The notes: generated by a model not told the origin, from the letters alone. A stretch of 64,000 nucleotides of DNA from Candidatus Moanibacter sp. (GCA_965215885.1 CBDCEW010000100.1:32001-96000), one strand, 5' to 3'. Positions 20,027 through 29,485 are shown, counted from the first letter of the stretch. A program made the numbers and translations.

Positions 20027-21376
20027 GTGGAAATAATTGCACCAGTATTGACACTGATTGCAGGTCTCGCACTCGGGCTTGGGCTCGTCTTTTTTCTTAC
20101 GCGATCTCAAATTGCGGATCTGCGTAAGGGCCTGGGGGAGAAGGAGGCCCTGGTCTCTTCGTTGAGAGACGAAAAGCAGCAGTTGGAGAAGCGGGAAGCG
20201 ACTCATGAAGCGGAGAGAAAGGCGGCCGAAGAGAAGCTCGCTCTGCTGGAGGAGGCGCGGAAGAATTTCAGTGAGGCATTCAAAGCGCTTTCCGCGGATG
20301 CTTTAAAGAGCAACAATCAATCGTTTCTTGAGCTCGCGAAAACGACTCTGGAGAAATTTCAGGAGGGAGCCAAAGGGGAGCTGGAACAGCGGAAACAGGC
20401 AGTCGATCAGCTTGTCAAGCCAGTCCGAGAGTCCCTCGAAAAGGTCGACGCAAACATACGGGAGTTGGAAAAGAGGCGCGAGGGTGCCTACGCGGATCTC
20501 CAGGCACAGATAAAGCATCTTCTCTCGAGCCAGGCTAACCTGCAGGTAGAGACGGCAAACCTGGTACAGGCCCTTCGCACGCCTAACGTGAGGGGGCAGT
20601 GGGGAGAGATTCAACTCGAGCGCGCCGTGGAATTTGCCGGGATGGTGGAATACTGCGATTTCGTGCAGCAGGAATCGACAACCACGGAGGAGGGGCGCCT
20701 GCGCCCGGATCTGATCGTTCGATTGCCCAATGGGCGCAATATCATCGTGGATGCGAAGGCACCCTTGCTTGCCTATCTCGATGCGATTAAGACGAACGAC
20801 GAAGAGACGCGAAAGGCTAAGCTGATCGAACACGCCCGGCAGATTCGCAACCATATTACCAATCTCAGTTCCAAGGCGTATTGGAAGCAATTTACACCCA
20901 GTCCCGAATTCGTAGTGCTTTTCCTTCCGGGCGAGGCGTTCTTCAGTGCAGCCCTCGAGCAGGATGCCGAGCTTATACAATTCGGATCTAATGAAAGGGT
21001 GATATTGGCCACTCCTACCACCTTGATAGCGCTCCTCAAGGCGGTCGCTTATGGCTGGCAGCAGGATAAAATCGCCGAGCACGCCAAAGTGGTGAGTGAA
21101 CTTGGGCGTGATTTGTATGACCGGCTGGGCACTCTGGCCGGCCATTTTGGCCGTCTCGGTGGCCATCTCGACAGAGCGGTCGATGCCTACAACAGCGCGG
21201 TTCGCTCAGCCGAGAGCCGCGTATTGGTTACGGCCCGGAAATTCAAAGAGCTGGGAAGCGGTAGCAGTAAGGAAATTGAGCAGCTCGATTCGATCGATAA
21301 AATCACCACCCCCCCGCAAGCCGAGGAGCTGCAGACTCCGGATTCGGAAGACGAGATCGGCAAGCAGGTAGGGTAA
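20027..21376 (+). CDS. rmuC: DNA recombination protein RmuC
   Basis: N-terminal TM, coiled coil, [37 protein letters not shown]. Confidence 0.93.
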   Translation: MEIIAPVLTLIAGLALGLGLVFFLTRSQIADLRKGLGEKEALVSSLRDEKQQLEKREATHEAERKAAEEKLALLEEARKNFSEAFKALSADALKSNNQSFLELAKTTLEKFQEGAKGELEQRKQAVDQLVKPVRESLEKVDANIRELEKRREGAYADLQAQIKHLLSSQANLQVETANLVQALRTPNVRGQWGEIQLERAVEFAGMVEYCDFVQQESTTTEEGRLRPDLIVRLPNGRNIIVDAKAPLLAYLDAIKTNDEETRKAKLIEHARQIRNHITNLSSKAYWKQFTPSPEFVVLFLPGEAFFSAALEQDAELIQFGSNERVILATPTTLIALLKAVAYGWQQDKIAEHAKVVSELGRDLYDRLGTLAGHFGRLGGHLDRAVDAYNSAVRSAESRVLVTARKFKELGSGSSKEIEQLDSIDKITTPPQAEELQTPDSEDEIGKQVG

Positions 21377-21521
21377 ACGGCTTCGGATCTCAGGAGCGAT
21401 TCACCGATTATTTCAATGCCCCTGCATTACCAGCATACGCGCTTATTTTGTATTTAACAAAAATGTAAAATAAGCGTAGGTCGGAGTTCTGCGGCGCGAC
21501 ATCCACCTCTGAATCCCCGAA

Positions 21522-21878
21522 TTAGAACAATGCTGTCAGCCTGTAAATGACGAAGGGCAGACTGATGATGGCCGGGAGCATCGGCCAGAATCGCGGACGC
21601 TCCCTTTTCTTTCTTTGGACGGCGACTACTTCGAGTATTGAATAGAGTGCGAGAAAAAAGATAACAAGAGCGAGGAGGATGCCGAAGGAGACGGAGATTT
21701 TCTGCTCGCTATTCAAATTCGAGAGATTCAAGAGGTTGCCGAAGATTAGACGCGGTATAGGTAGGACAAAGACAACCGCACTGATCGCCAAGATCCATTG
21801 TACAGCGTTATTTCCCAGGATTGAGGTATGGAGATTCCCCTTCTTGCTCGATCCGGCTTGCTCAGATTCGTCTTCCAT
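21522..21878 (-). CDS. Small membrane hypothetical protein (about 3 TM)
   Basis: ORF with three hydrophobic segments. Confidence 0.55.
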   Translation of the reverse strand: MEDESEQAGSSKKGNLHTSILGNNAVQWILAISAVVFVLPIPRLIFGNLLNLSNLNSEQKISVSFGILLALVIFFLALYSILEVVAVQRKKRERPRFWPMLPAIISLPFVIYRLTALF

Positions 21879-21906
21879 GTTGTATAGGAATTGGAGGGAT
21901 ACGAGG

Positions 21907-22088
21907 CTAGCCCGGACATTTCACACACTTCGTAACGAGACCGCGTAGATCGCTGCGTGTCAATGCCTTTCCGAAGCGCGGCGGGCGACAGCGTGTTGGG
22001 ACCCTCTGAGGTCGCCGGGCAGGGCAAGGCTTTGACACGCGGTGAGATCCGTCGTCGTAGTAGAAGGTCTGTGAGATGTTCGGGCTAG
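21907..22088. mobile_element. MITE-like hairpin repeat, family A (182 bp)
   Basis: CTAG-bounded inverted termini; homology to other copies. Confidence 0.88.
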
Positions 22089-22134
22089 ATCCGTTTCGCG
22101 AGCTTTCAATGATATTCTCCATTTTTCTAAGTGC

Positions 22135-22410
22135 ATGGAAGATGAAGCAATAGAATTGCCCATCGACGGTACCCTTGACCTCCACACTTTCAGACCGCAG
22201 GAAGTGAAATCCCTCGTTCACGATTATTTGGAGGCGTGCAGGGATTCAGGAATTACTCACCTGCGAATCGTTCACGGCAAGGGCACCGGGACCCTCCGCG
22301 AGATCGTCCATTCCCAATTGCGCGCTTCCTCCCTTGTTGCTCATTTCAGCCTCGCCGATCCCTCCAGAGGGGGCTGGGGCGCTACCCTCGTGCGGTTGCA
22401 CGCCTCTTAA
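22135..22410 (+). CDS. Stand-alone Smr/MutS2 C-terminal domain protein
   Basis: LDLH, IVHGKGTGTLR, GGWGAT motifs. Confidence 0.9.
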   Translation: MEDEAIELPIDGTLDLHTFRPQEVKSLVHDYLEACRDSGITHLRIVHGKGTGTLREIVHSQLRASSLVAHFSLADPSRGGWGATLVRLHAS

Positions 22411-22846
22411 TCCGGCCCCCGGCTGCCGCTGAGCGGGAGCGACGGCGGCGCCTCCTATTTCCCGTCTTTGGCGGGCAAGTCCCATCCTTGGGGGTGATGG
22501 ATAAACTACCTGTCCCTAATCTCTGCCCTTCTCGAAAGCTCGCAAGATTCGAAAAGCTACCGCTTTCCGCTACACGCTCGGATTCAGTCGGTAGCGGAAA
22601 GCGGAAGCTTTTCGTTCTGGGTATCGTGCTCGTGCTTCGCGCTCAGCGGACTAATAGCGCTCGAAATGAGGCCCAAAGCTAGCCTCTAACTCAGAGCAGG
22701 AAGAGGCTCCAAATGGAGCCATTTTGACCCATATTGACTGACTCTAATGGCGGATAGATGGTGAATGAGACAATTTGTCCCATATCTACTTCGGAAGTAA
22801 TACTCTGTAAGACTTTGCTACTCAATGATTAACAGATATACAGGTA

Positions 22847-22863
22847 TTGGCATGGAGGCTGCA
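22847..22863 (+). promoter_or_regulatory. Candidate sigma-54 (-24/-12) promoter of hsp20
   Basis: TTGGCATGGAGGCTGCA has the GG-N10-GC spacing, about 55 bp upstream of the hsp20 start. Confidence 0.55.
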
Positions 22864-22916
22864 GAATGGGGAATAGTGAAAAAAACAATAACCGAAAAAT
22901 TAAGGAGGAAAGTAAG

Positions 22917-23345
22917 ATGAAGTTAATTCGATATAGAAATCCGGAGCTCAGCAGCATCTATGATTGGGACCGCTGGTTTGACGATGCGTTTACCAGTATT
23001 GGTCTGGGTGGGAGCTTGTTCGACGGTGCTGGGATCGGCGGACGCGCATTTCGGCCTGCCGCCAACATCAGCGAAGAAAACGAAGAGTATATTGTCCGCA
23101 TTGAATTGCCGGGCGTAAAGAAGGGTGCCGTTGAAGTCGAACTAAGCGATGCAACAGTGACCGTAAAAGGAGACCGAAAGGAAAAGGGCGGAGACGGAGA
23201 GCAATCTCTCTCTTTTCGCCGTTCCGTCAGAGTGCCGAATGAAGTAGATACGGAGAGAGTTAAGGCGAAGCTAAAGGACGGAATATTGACAGTGACATTG
23301 CCTAAGGCGGAGTCCAGCAAGCCCAAGCTGATCGCGGTCAGTTAA
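22917..23345 (+). CDS. Small heat-shock protein Hsp20/alpha-crystallin family
   Basis: ELPGV, FRRSVRVP, AKLKDGILTVTLPK, C-terminal IxV; SD AAGGAGG upstream. Confidence 0.92.
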   Translation: MKLIRYRNPELSSIYDWDRWFDDAFTSIGLGGSLFDGAGIGGRAFRPAANISEENEEYIVRIELPGVKKGAVEVELSDATVTVKGDRKEKGGDGEQSLSFRRSVRVPNEVDTERVKAKLKDGILTVTLPKAESSKPKLIAVS

Positions 23346-23385
23346 TGGAACGAAGGGTAGTTGAGAGAGGAATCGTAGAGAATGG

Positions 23386-23416
23386 AGCCGGGCTGAATTC
23401 AGCCCGGCTTTTTCTT
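23386..23416 (+). terminator. Rho-independent terminator after hsp20
   Basis: AGCCGGGCTG-AATT-CAGCCCGGCT hairpin followed by a T-run. Confidence 0.85.
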
Positions 23417-23502
23417 GTCTCCAGGACTTTTGGTCAAATGCTTATCCCTCCATTAAGAGGGAGCTCATGGGCCGTTATCCACGCCATGAATGGAAATAGA
23501 TC

Positions 23503-24288
23503 TTACTTTCCGACTCGTAATTGAGATTCGAAAAGACGAATCTCGTAGTTGAGGATGGTGAGGGCAACTGTTGAGGCGGTTTCCGCTCTCAGCACGTGTT
23601 CTCCCAGTCTCACGGGTTGAAATCCGCGGTTGCGAGCCAATCCGTATTCCCTCTCCGTAAAGTCGCCCTCTGGGCCGATCAGCCAGAAGACTTCAGTGGG
23701 CGGAATTCCGCCCTGCGACCCCAGGAATTCTCTCAAAATGACAGAGAATTCGAGCGCTCCAGGGGAGAGACTCGCAATCAGCCTTAGTGAGCTGTCCGGA
23801 ACCGAGGCACAGACTTCCTCGAAATCGGATACCGAATCAATGGTAGGCAGGTGGGTGCGCCCGCACTGTTTGCAGACCCCTATGGCTAGAGATCGCCACT
23901 TCCTCAACCTCAGGTCTTGCCGACGAGCTGGGAGTTGCACTTCGCACCGCTCGGTGGAAATTGGAATGATTCCTGAGGCGCCCAACTCCGTGGCCATCCG
24001 GATGACCGTATCCATTGCCCTGCTTTTGAGCAAGGCCGGTGCCAGGGTGGCTTTCATTCGGGGTCCCTTTGCTCGATAGTGTTTGAGGATCGTCAAAGTG
24101 GCTTTGGGTTTGGTTGGGTCGCGGATTATGCATTCGAATTCGTTGCCATCGCCATCAAATACGCAGACTGGGTCATCTCGTTTGGCACGACGAACATTGA
24201 GCAGATGGTGTGATTCTGCGCTACTCAATGTGATCGAAGTGCGGGGTAGTTCGGGTGCCGGTTCGATAAAGCAACGCAGACGAGGCAT
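23503..24288 (-). CDS. rsmE: 16S rRNA m3U1498 methyltransferase RsmE (copy 1)
   Basis: HHLLNVRR, ATELG, IGPEGDF, LGEHVLRAETA; likely start MPRLRCF. Confidence 0.9.
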   Translation of the reverse strand: MPRLRCFIEPAPELPRTSITLSSAESHHLLNVRRAKRDDPVCVFDGDGNEFECIIRDPTKPKATLTILKHYRAKGPRMKATLAPALLKSRAMDTVIRMATELGASGIIPISTERCEVQLPARRQDLRLRKWRSLAIGVCKQCGRTHLPTIDSVSDFEEVCASVPDSSLRLIASLSPGALEFSVILREFLGSQGGIPPTEVFWLIGPEGDFTEREYGLARNRGFQPVRLGEHVLRAETASTVALTILNYEIRLFESQLRVGK

Positions 24289-24343
24289 CGGAATCCTGAT
24301 TATGGTGCTCTCGCTGTGAGGCGTCGAGAAGCGAAGAAAATAG

Positions 24344-24470
24344 AAAAAAAGACGCCGCAGAATCCCTTCTGCGGCGCCACCCACTGCTTAACAAACTACA
24401 AACCAGACTGAAACCGTCTATTAAGCTCTAAACCATAAACCACATGAAAACAAACTAAACCTTAGTTTCA
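24344..24470 (-). ncRNA. Candidate sRNA, paralog 1
   Basis: Preceded by TTGAAC-N17-GTCTAT; starts TGAAACTAA; contains TTTTCATG and a 23-nt core shared with paralog 2; ends in a 10-bp GC hairpin plus T7. Confidence 0.65.
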
Positions 24471-24475
24471 TAAAT

Positions 24476-24504
24476 ATAGACTGTAATTATCCAAATGCGT
24501 TCAA
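24476..24504 (-). promoter_or_regulatory. ECF/sigmaE-like promoter for sRNA paralog 1
   Basis: Minus strand TTGAAC gcatttggataattaca GTCTAT. Confidence 0.6.
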
Positions 24505-24545
24505 TATTGACCCCATTGTTTCAAGAGATCGAGATGTGATGAGGG

Positions 24546-24664
24546 CAAAACAAAACGCCACCGGCATTGCCGGTGGCGTTTGCAAGAGTTCAACCAAACT
24601 ACAAACCAGACTGAAACTATGAAAATGAAACTCTCCCACCCATGAAAATGCAGGATTAGTTTCA
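24546..24664 (-). ncRNA. Candidate sRNA, paralog 2
   Basis: Preceded by TTGAAC-N17-GTCAAA; starts TGAAACTAA; same 23-nt core; ends in a 13-bp hairpin (aaacgccaccggc/gccggtggcgttt) plus a T-rich tail. Confidence 0.65.
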
Positions 24665-24669
24665 AAGAG

Positions 24670-24698
24670 TTTGACGGCGGTTGCAGCAAAACGTTCAA
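24670..24698 (-). promoter_or_regulatory. ECF/sigmaE-like promoter for sRNA paralog 2
   Basis: Minus strand TTGAAC gttttgctgcaaccgcc GTCAAA. Confidence 0.62.
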
Positions 24699-24736
24699 AA
24701 TTGTAGTGAATTCTATTTGGAAAGGGAAAAAAGGGA

Positions 24737-25309
24737 ATGCGAATTACCGGAGGCAGGGCCAAGGGAATTGTTTTACGAATCCCCAAAGGTAAGGGAATCA
24801 GGCCGGCTACTGACAGGTTGCGTGAAGCGACTTTTTCGTGCCTCGGTGAATCTGTGGCAGGAAAGAGAGTTGTCGATCTGTTTGCGGGCAGCGGTGCCTA
24901 CGGGTTAGAGGCCATCAGTCGCGGTGCGTCGAGAGCCTCCTTCGTGGAAAGAGACGGGCGGTGCTTAAACGCTATCAGGATGAATCTGGAGGCGGCGAAA
25001 AGGAGTATGAATGAGCCCGATATCCAATGTCAGGTGTTTGCATCTGATGTTTTCAAGTGGTGTCGAGCCGAATCGGAAAAATACGATCTTGTCTTTCTCG
25101 ATCCACCTTACGATCTGATCAAGCGTACTCATATCGAACTGATTAGGCTAGTGGCGAAAAGAGCCTCCCTTCATTCCGAGGCGCGTATCGTTATTGAGAT
25201 GCCGGGAGATTTGGATCTTCATACTCCCGGATGGGCGCTTGAACGCCGATTGGGAAAAGGTAAGGGGCCGGATGATCCAACCGTAGCTGTATATTCCTTG
25301 GTGGATTAA
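24737..25309 (+). CDS. rsmD: 16S rRNA m2G966 methyltransferase RsmD
   Basis: MRITGG, IRPATDRLRE, DLFAGSGAYGLEAISRGA, FLDPPY. Confidence 0.93.
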   Translation: MRITGGRAKGIVLRIPKGKGIRPATDRLREATFSCLGESVAGKRVVDLFAGSGAYGLEAISRGASRASFVERDGRCLNAIRMNLEAAKRSMNEPDIQCQVFASDVFKWCRAESEKYDLVFLDPPYDLIKRTHIELIRLVAKRASLHSEARIVIEMPGDLDLHTPGWALERRLGKGKGPDDPTVAVYSLVD

Positions 25310-26025
25310 ATGAGTCTCATCATAGAACTGACGAGACCTACCGCGACGGTTGCGGCGGTTTCCGTGCGGAGAACACGATCACCAATTCGAGCGAGGGTGA
25401 ATTCGCCTTGCCGCAAGGCGTCGCGCTCGGCGCCGGACCATCCTCGTTCCGGACCGATCGCAACCACCGACTGGTCAAATTGAAACCGGGCAGCGGTTAA
25501 TTGCACGGTAGCCTCGTAAAGGTCGAGGGCGAGTTTATTGGAGATAGCATTAAGCTGTGCGATTCGAGAATAGAGGGAGTTATGGTGCGTGACGACTGGG
25601 AGGCGTGTATGGAATGCCTGCTCCGCCCCTTGAATGAGGAGATGTTTCCACTCTCCCGTTGACCAGAGAGAACTCTGTCGGTATGACGGTTCACCCTTGT
25701 CGGCCTGGAAAAACGAGATTCTCGAAACGCCCAGGCTGGTGCATTCCCTTAGGATCCGCCGAGCCGCCTGCGGCCTGGGAAGACCTACGAGCAGTTCGAT
25801 GGGGAGGCTCTGAGGAATATCGGTTTCCCAAGTGAACCGGAGGTGCATTCCCATGTCCGAATCGTCAGAGAGAATCGACGCCTTCCCTCGCGGTCCGTTG
25901 ACGACGCCGACGTCGAATCGATCACCGACATCAATCCGGAGCACGACCCGGAGATGCCGGACCCGAGGATCGGTTGAAGGAAGGATAACTTCGTCGGACC
26001 GTTCTTCGAATAGAATCAGGTTCAT
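25306..26025 (-). CDS. rsmE: RsmE-family methyltransferase (copy 2)
   Basis: MNLILF start, GLPRPQ, IGPERGWS, IGDRVLRTETA. Confidence 0.85.
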   Translation of the reverse strand: MNLILFEERSDEVILPSTDPRVRHLRVVLRIDVGDRFDVGVVNGPRGKASILSDDSDMGMHLRFTWETDIPQSLPIELLVGLPRPQAARRILRECTSLGVSRISFFQADKGEPSYRQSSLWSTGEWKHLLIQGAEQAFHTRLPVVTHHNSLYSRIAQLNAISNKLALDLYEATVQLTAARFQFDQSVVAIGPERGWSGAERDALRQGEFTLARIGDRVLRTETAATVAVGLVSSMMRLI

Positions 26026-26074
26026 CGGTTCCCTTGACTTGGCTGAGACGCGAGAATCTCGGGAATAATCGCAG

Positions 26075-27298
26075 GTGCTGTGTGTCGATAATATTGTGGC
26101 GTTCTACGGTGTTATGACTAAATTTGTCGATATGTGTTGGAGAATTTTCCTTAGAGCCGGGCGATCTCTGGCCTTCGTGATCACACTGGCAATTCTTGGT
26201 TTGGTAGAGGGTCGTGCCGAAAGTAAATCTGAATCGGACTTTTCCTCAATGATCCGGAGCCAGGAGCTTAGGGAAAGTTCGCTGCATATTATACCACCGG
26301 TCGTGAGTCGGCCCGTTTTTTCGAATGGGTCTGTACGTATAGAATTTAGAAACAAGGAATCGCATCCGGTCGAGGCGCTTTTTCGGCTCGTCGTCGACGA
26401 GTCTCTCTTTGCGAAACCTTCGGAAATTCCAGTAAACCTCCAGGCGGGCGAATCTACCAAAGTCGAATTCGGACTGGGAAGTTCCACAACCCGTCATCCA
26501 TCGGAGGTCCCTATCTCGATCCTGGAGTACTCCCTCACGTATAAGCTCCCGAACGGTGTGGCAAAGCTTAAGGGATCCAGAAAAGTTGGGGTGGGGCACG
26601 TTTGGCCCGTCCCGAAAGCCGGTCGAGCGATAGCGATTAATGGAGATCTCAAAGATTGGGGTTGGTTGCCGTTAGAGTTCGAGAAACCGGCCGAGTTTCA
26701 GCCTGCGGACCGACGGGAACAGTGGCGAAATAGATTGGATGGGTCCGCAAAATTCGAAATCTTACATGATTCTAAAATGCTCTATCTGGCATTCGAAGTG
26801 TGGGACGACACGGTGCGGGTTCGAAAAGCTGACGACGCCCGGGAAAATGACGGAATTCTGATCTGGGCCGATGTAACTCCGGGAGGAAGGGGGACTGGAA
26901 AACCCTGGTTCATTATCAATCCCGGTCTGGTAGAAACGAATACCGATATCGCGCCGATCGGAGGGTTGCCGAAAGGGGCGTCAGCCGCGGCGAAATTGAC
27001 CGGCATCGGGTATAATGTCGAAATTGCCTTACCGATTGATTATTTCGAAACACTCGGCCGTGACGGTACCAGCGGTAATAGCGAAGTGTATATTCGGCTC
27101 AATTTCGCAGTCAATGACCTCGACCGGAAGGATGAGGGTCCCGTGAGCCTTTTTTGGCATCCTGCTTGGCTTGGAGAAAGAGATCACGGTTGGTCCGGAT
27201 TGGTCACGTTGGATAGCCGCACGGCGGAAGAGGCCGAGAGTGAGCGCAGGGCAGGGGCTGAGCCCAAGAAGAGCGCCAAGAATAAAGGCGGCAACTGA
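26075..27298 (+). CDS. Exported protein with a CBM9-like sugar-binding domain
   Basis: Signal-like N-terminus; INGDLKDW, LYLAFEVWDD, YNVEIALP, NFAVND motifs; start uncertain. Confidence 0.65.
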   Translation: MLCVDNIVAFYGVMTKFVDMCWRIFLRAGRSLAFVITLAILGLVEGRAESKSESDFSSMIRSQELRESSLHIIPPVVSRPVFSNGSVRIEFRNKESHPVEALFRLVVDESLFAKPSEIPVNLQAGESTKVEFGLGSSTTRHPSEVPISILEYSLTYKLPNGVAKLKGSRKVGVGHVWPVPKAGRAIAINGDLKDWGWLPLEFEKPAEFQPADRREQWRNRLDGSAKFEILHDSKMLYLAFEVWDDTVRVRKADDARENDGILIWADVTPGGRGTGKPWFIINPGLVETNTDIAPIGGLPKGASAAAKLTGIGYNVEIALPIDYFETLGRDGTSGNSEVYIRLNFAVNDLDRKDEGPVSLFWHPAWLGERDHGWSGLVTLDSRTAEEAESERRAGAEPKKSAKNKGGN

Positions 27299-27343
27299 GA
27301 TTCGTGTTGCGGCGGGTCGAGAAGGGATTCCTGGTGCGAATTT

Positions 27344-27417
27344 TGGTGCGGGCACCCGGAATCGAACCGGGGACACCAGCTTGGAAGGCTGGGGTTTTAC
27401 CGCTAAACTATGCCCGC
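27344..27417 (-). tRNA. tRNA-Gly (TCC)
   Basis: GCGGGCA/TGCCCGC acceptor, CCAGC-CTTCCAA-GCTGG anticodon arm, GGTTCGATTCC, CCA. Confidence 0.95.
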
Positions 27418-27511
27418 GGATTCCGTGAGGACGACTTTTTCAGCGGAATCTATTCTCATATAAGGAAGGGATTGGTGAAGACTCCTGGCAATAAGAAAAT
27501 GGATGCATGCA

Positions 27512-27567
27512 AGGTCGTCCCGGCTTGCCGGGATCGTGGTAGAAGGTTTGTGAAATATCCTGGCTAG
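27512..27567. repeat. Right-end fragment of MITE family A abutting the IS
   Basis: aggtcgtcccgg..gccgggatcgtggtagaaggtttgtgaaatatcctggCTAG resembles the right end of copy 3678-3835. Confidence 0.7.
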
Positions 27568-29485
27568 ACCCCATTCGAAAAGCCTTTCGAGCGGGCGGTT
27601 TAAGGTTCTCCGCCACGGGCGGACCAGCCTATGGCTGGCAGGTTTCGGGTTTTAGGCTGCCGGCGCTGCCGATGAGCAGGTATTGAGCGGCCATCGGCGT
27701 GGCTTGCTGCACAATACGTATATTTGCCGCTGTCTGGAGGCATACTCATCCCGTGGTGCTTTTTTCTCTGAGCTTCAAAGCGGTCAGATTCAGGCTGCCT
27801 GTTCCAGTTCCTCCCCTCGGCGTTTCTTCATCAGTATGATGCGGCAGAAGTTGTAGGCCAGAACCTTCTCGAGCAGTTCATCGCCTACCGCATCGATGCC
27901 GCGGCGGCCGAGTTCGCCAAAGGCAAATCCATCTTTAATCGTGAACATCAGCGACTCCACTGCGGAGCGATCGCGGCGTGCCTCGCGATACGCCTCGCTC
28001 TCCCAGTCCTCGGGGGTGGTCAACTTCTTGCCCTTCGCCCCACTGATACTGATCTGCTTTACCCCCATGCTCAGCACCTCCTTGCGTCCCTTCGCCGAAG
28101 CATATCCGTCATCGGTGCTGACCAGTTCAGCAATGACACCGGTGCGCTTGATCGAATCGCCGATGGCCGGCGCCAGCTCAATGGAGTCTGCCGCGTTGCC
28201 TTGCGGTACGATCAGGCTGGTGACAAAACCGTTTTCGCTGCGAACCAGTTGTGGCTTGTACCCGATCACTGGATTGCGGCTGCCCTTCTTGATGTAGGCC
28301 GCCGATCCGTCCGAGAGGCTCAGGACCTTCTGTGTGGACGGTAGCTTCTTTTCGTGAAACACCCGATCATGAGCATACTCAACAACCCGCTTGGCGTCGG
28401 CAATATCGCCCCTGATCTGGCTCAATGCCCGCTCCAGAAGCTCCCGGCGAGTGGGAGGCAGTGAATCCATCGACAGGCCCTCTTCAAGATGGCTCAGTTC
28501 CCCCGTTAGTGAGTCGGCCGCCTTGCGGCCCCGCTTGAGCAACCGCCGGTAGTGTTTCTTCAGCTTGCCCTTCGACTTCGGTTTGCCCGCGGCCAGACAA
28601 ATCTGAAACTCCAGCTTGTCCATTTCCTCCAGCCAACGCCCAACCCATCCCTTGCGAAAATCCTCCAGCCCGAAGACATGCAACTTCTGACCCAAACGAT
28701 TGGCCCGCATCAAAAGACCGCTCAGAATCTTCCCATCGGTGGGCCAGCAGCTGTTTGCTTTCACCGAGGTGCTGTCGATCGTCAGCTTCCCGAAATCGTC
28801 CCATTGCTCCTGGAGGATAAACCCAATCTGTTTATCAAAGATCAACTCGCGGGTCGTATGGCTGACCAGGTTCACGTTCTCCAGAATCGTCGTCACCGCC
28901 GGCATTCTCAGTCCCCCGCTCTGCAAAAATCCGTACAAGCTCATCGACTCGCGCACAAACCGCCGTGCCGGTTTCGTGGTCAACGAACCCAGAAACCCTC
29001 GAATCATCACGAACACGTATACCGCATAAGCCGGCATCCGCGGCCGGCCTGCCCCAAGATTCAATTCAGCAGCCAGAATATTCTCCTCCTCGATGTCCAG
29101 CTCCGGCAGCTCCGCTGTGCGCCCTTCAAAGAACCTGCGATCTTCCAATCGAAGTTTCTTCTTCTCACGCGCATGGGCGTCCAGATCCTTCTCGATCGCC
29201 TCGATGATTTGCGGCGCGAACCCGGCCAATTCTTCAACTTCATCCAGAAAATCACGGAAATCCGTGTCTGGAACCGGCAGAATGAGGTTGCTAAGGGGCG
29301 TCTTATCGCTTTTGTTCTCCTCTGTCGCACATGTTGGCATGTTTAACTCCTTTCTTAATCTTAGGTTGTTAAACACTAGCATGTTGCGACACTTTTTATC
29401 AAGCCAAAAAATGATTTTTCTCAAGTTCTTCTTGCGCCTTTTGCGCCTCTTTGCGGCCAATCAGTAGCTTTTCGGATAAGGTCTA
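27565..29485 (-). mobile_element. Insertion sequence with DDE transposase (IS5/ISNCY-like)
   Basis: 19-bp imperfect TIRs tagaccccattcgaaaagc / gcttttcggataaggtcta (16/19); single long transposase ORF. Confidence 0.88.
27790..29340 (-). CDS. DDE transposase
   Basis: IDSTSVKAN..WPTD, STDDGYAS and RSAVESL..TIK DDE motifs; likely start MPTCATEE after SD AAGGAG. Confidence 0.88.
   Translation of the reverse strand: MPTCATEENKSDKTPLSNLILPVPDTDFRDFLDEVEELAGFAPQIIEAIEKDLDAHAREKKKLRLEDRRFFEGRTAELPELDIEEENILAAELNLGAGRPRMPAYAVYVFVMIRGFLGSLTTKPARRFVRESMSLYGFLQSGGLRMPAVTTILENVNLVSHTTRELIFDKQIGFILQEQWDDFGKLTIDSTSVKANSCWPTDGKILSGLLMRANRLGQKLHVFGLEDFRKGWVGRWLEEMDKLEFQICLAAGKPKSKGKLKKHYRRLLKRGRKAADSLTGELSHLEEGLSMDSLPPTRRELLERALSQIRGDIADAKRVVEYAHDRVFHEKKLPSTQKVLSLSDGSAAYIKKGSRNPVIGYKPQLVRSENGFVTSLIVPQGNAADSIELAPAIGDSIKRTGVIAELVSTDDGYASAKGRKEVLSMGVKQISISGAKGKKLTTPEDWESEAYREARRDRSAVESLMFTIKDGFAFGELGRRGIDAVGDELLEKVLAYNFCRIILMKKRRGEELEQAA

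Noticed and set aside
21679..22221. Small ORFs sharing 'ARTFHTLR' or 'RYEVCEMSGL' peptides (also near 13.9 kb, 41.7 kb and 61.5 kb) as a protein family
   Set aside because: They are translations of the MITE, not independent genes
24289..24384. N-terminal extension of the rsmE ORF
   Set aside because: Runs through a terminator hairpin and T-tract; RsmE-like sequence begins at MPRLRCF (24288)
24392..24617. 23-bp direct repeat as a CRISPR mini-array
   Set aside because: Only two copies 203 bp apart, no cas genes, and each copy is embedded in a promoter-terminator unit
27344..27417. tRNA-Gly as the integration site of the accessory region
   Set aside because: The accessory DNA lies on the tRNA 5' side, with no substantial duplicated 3' end or adjacent integrase
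29341..29460. Lys/Arg-rich N-terminal extension of the transposase
   Set aside because: Derived from tandem decamer repeats inside the IS end; a good SD precedes the ATG at 29340
27565..29485. This IS as the autonomous partner of MITE family A
   Set aside because: Terminal repeats differ (GACCCCATTCGAAAAGC versus CCCGGACATTTCAC); only the TAG/CTAG context is shared
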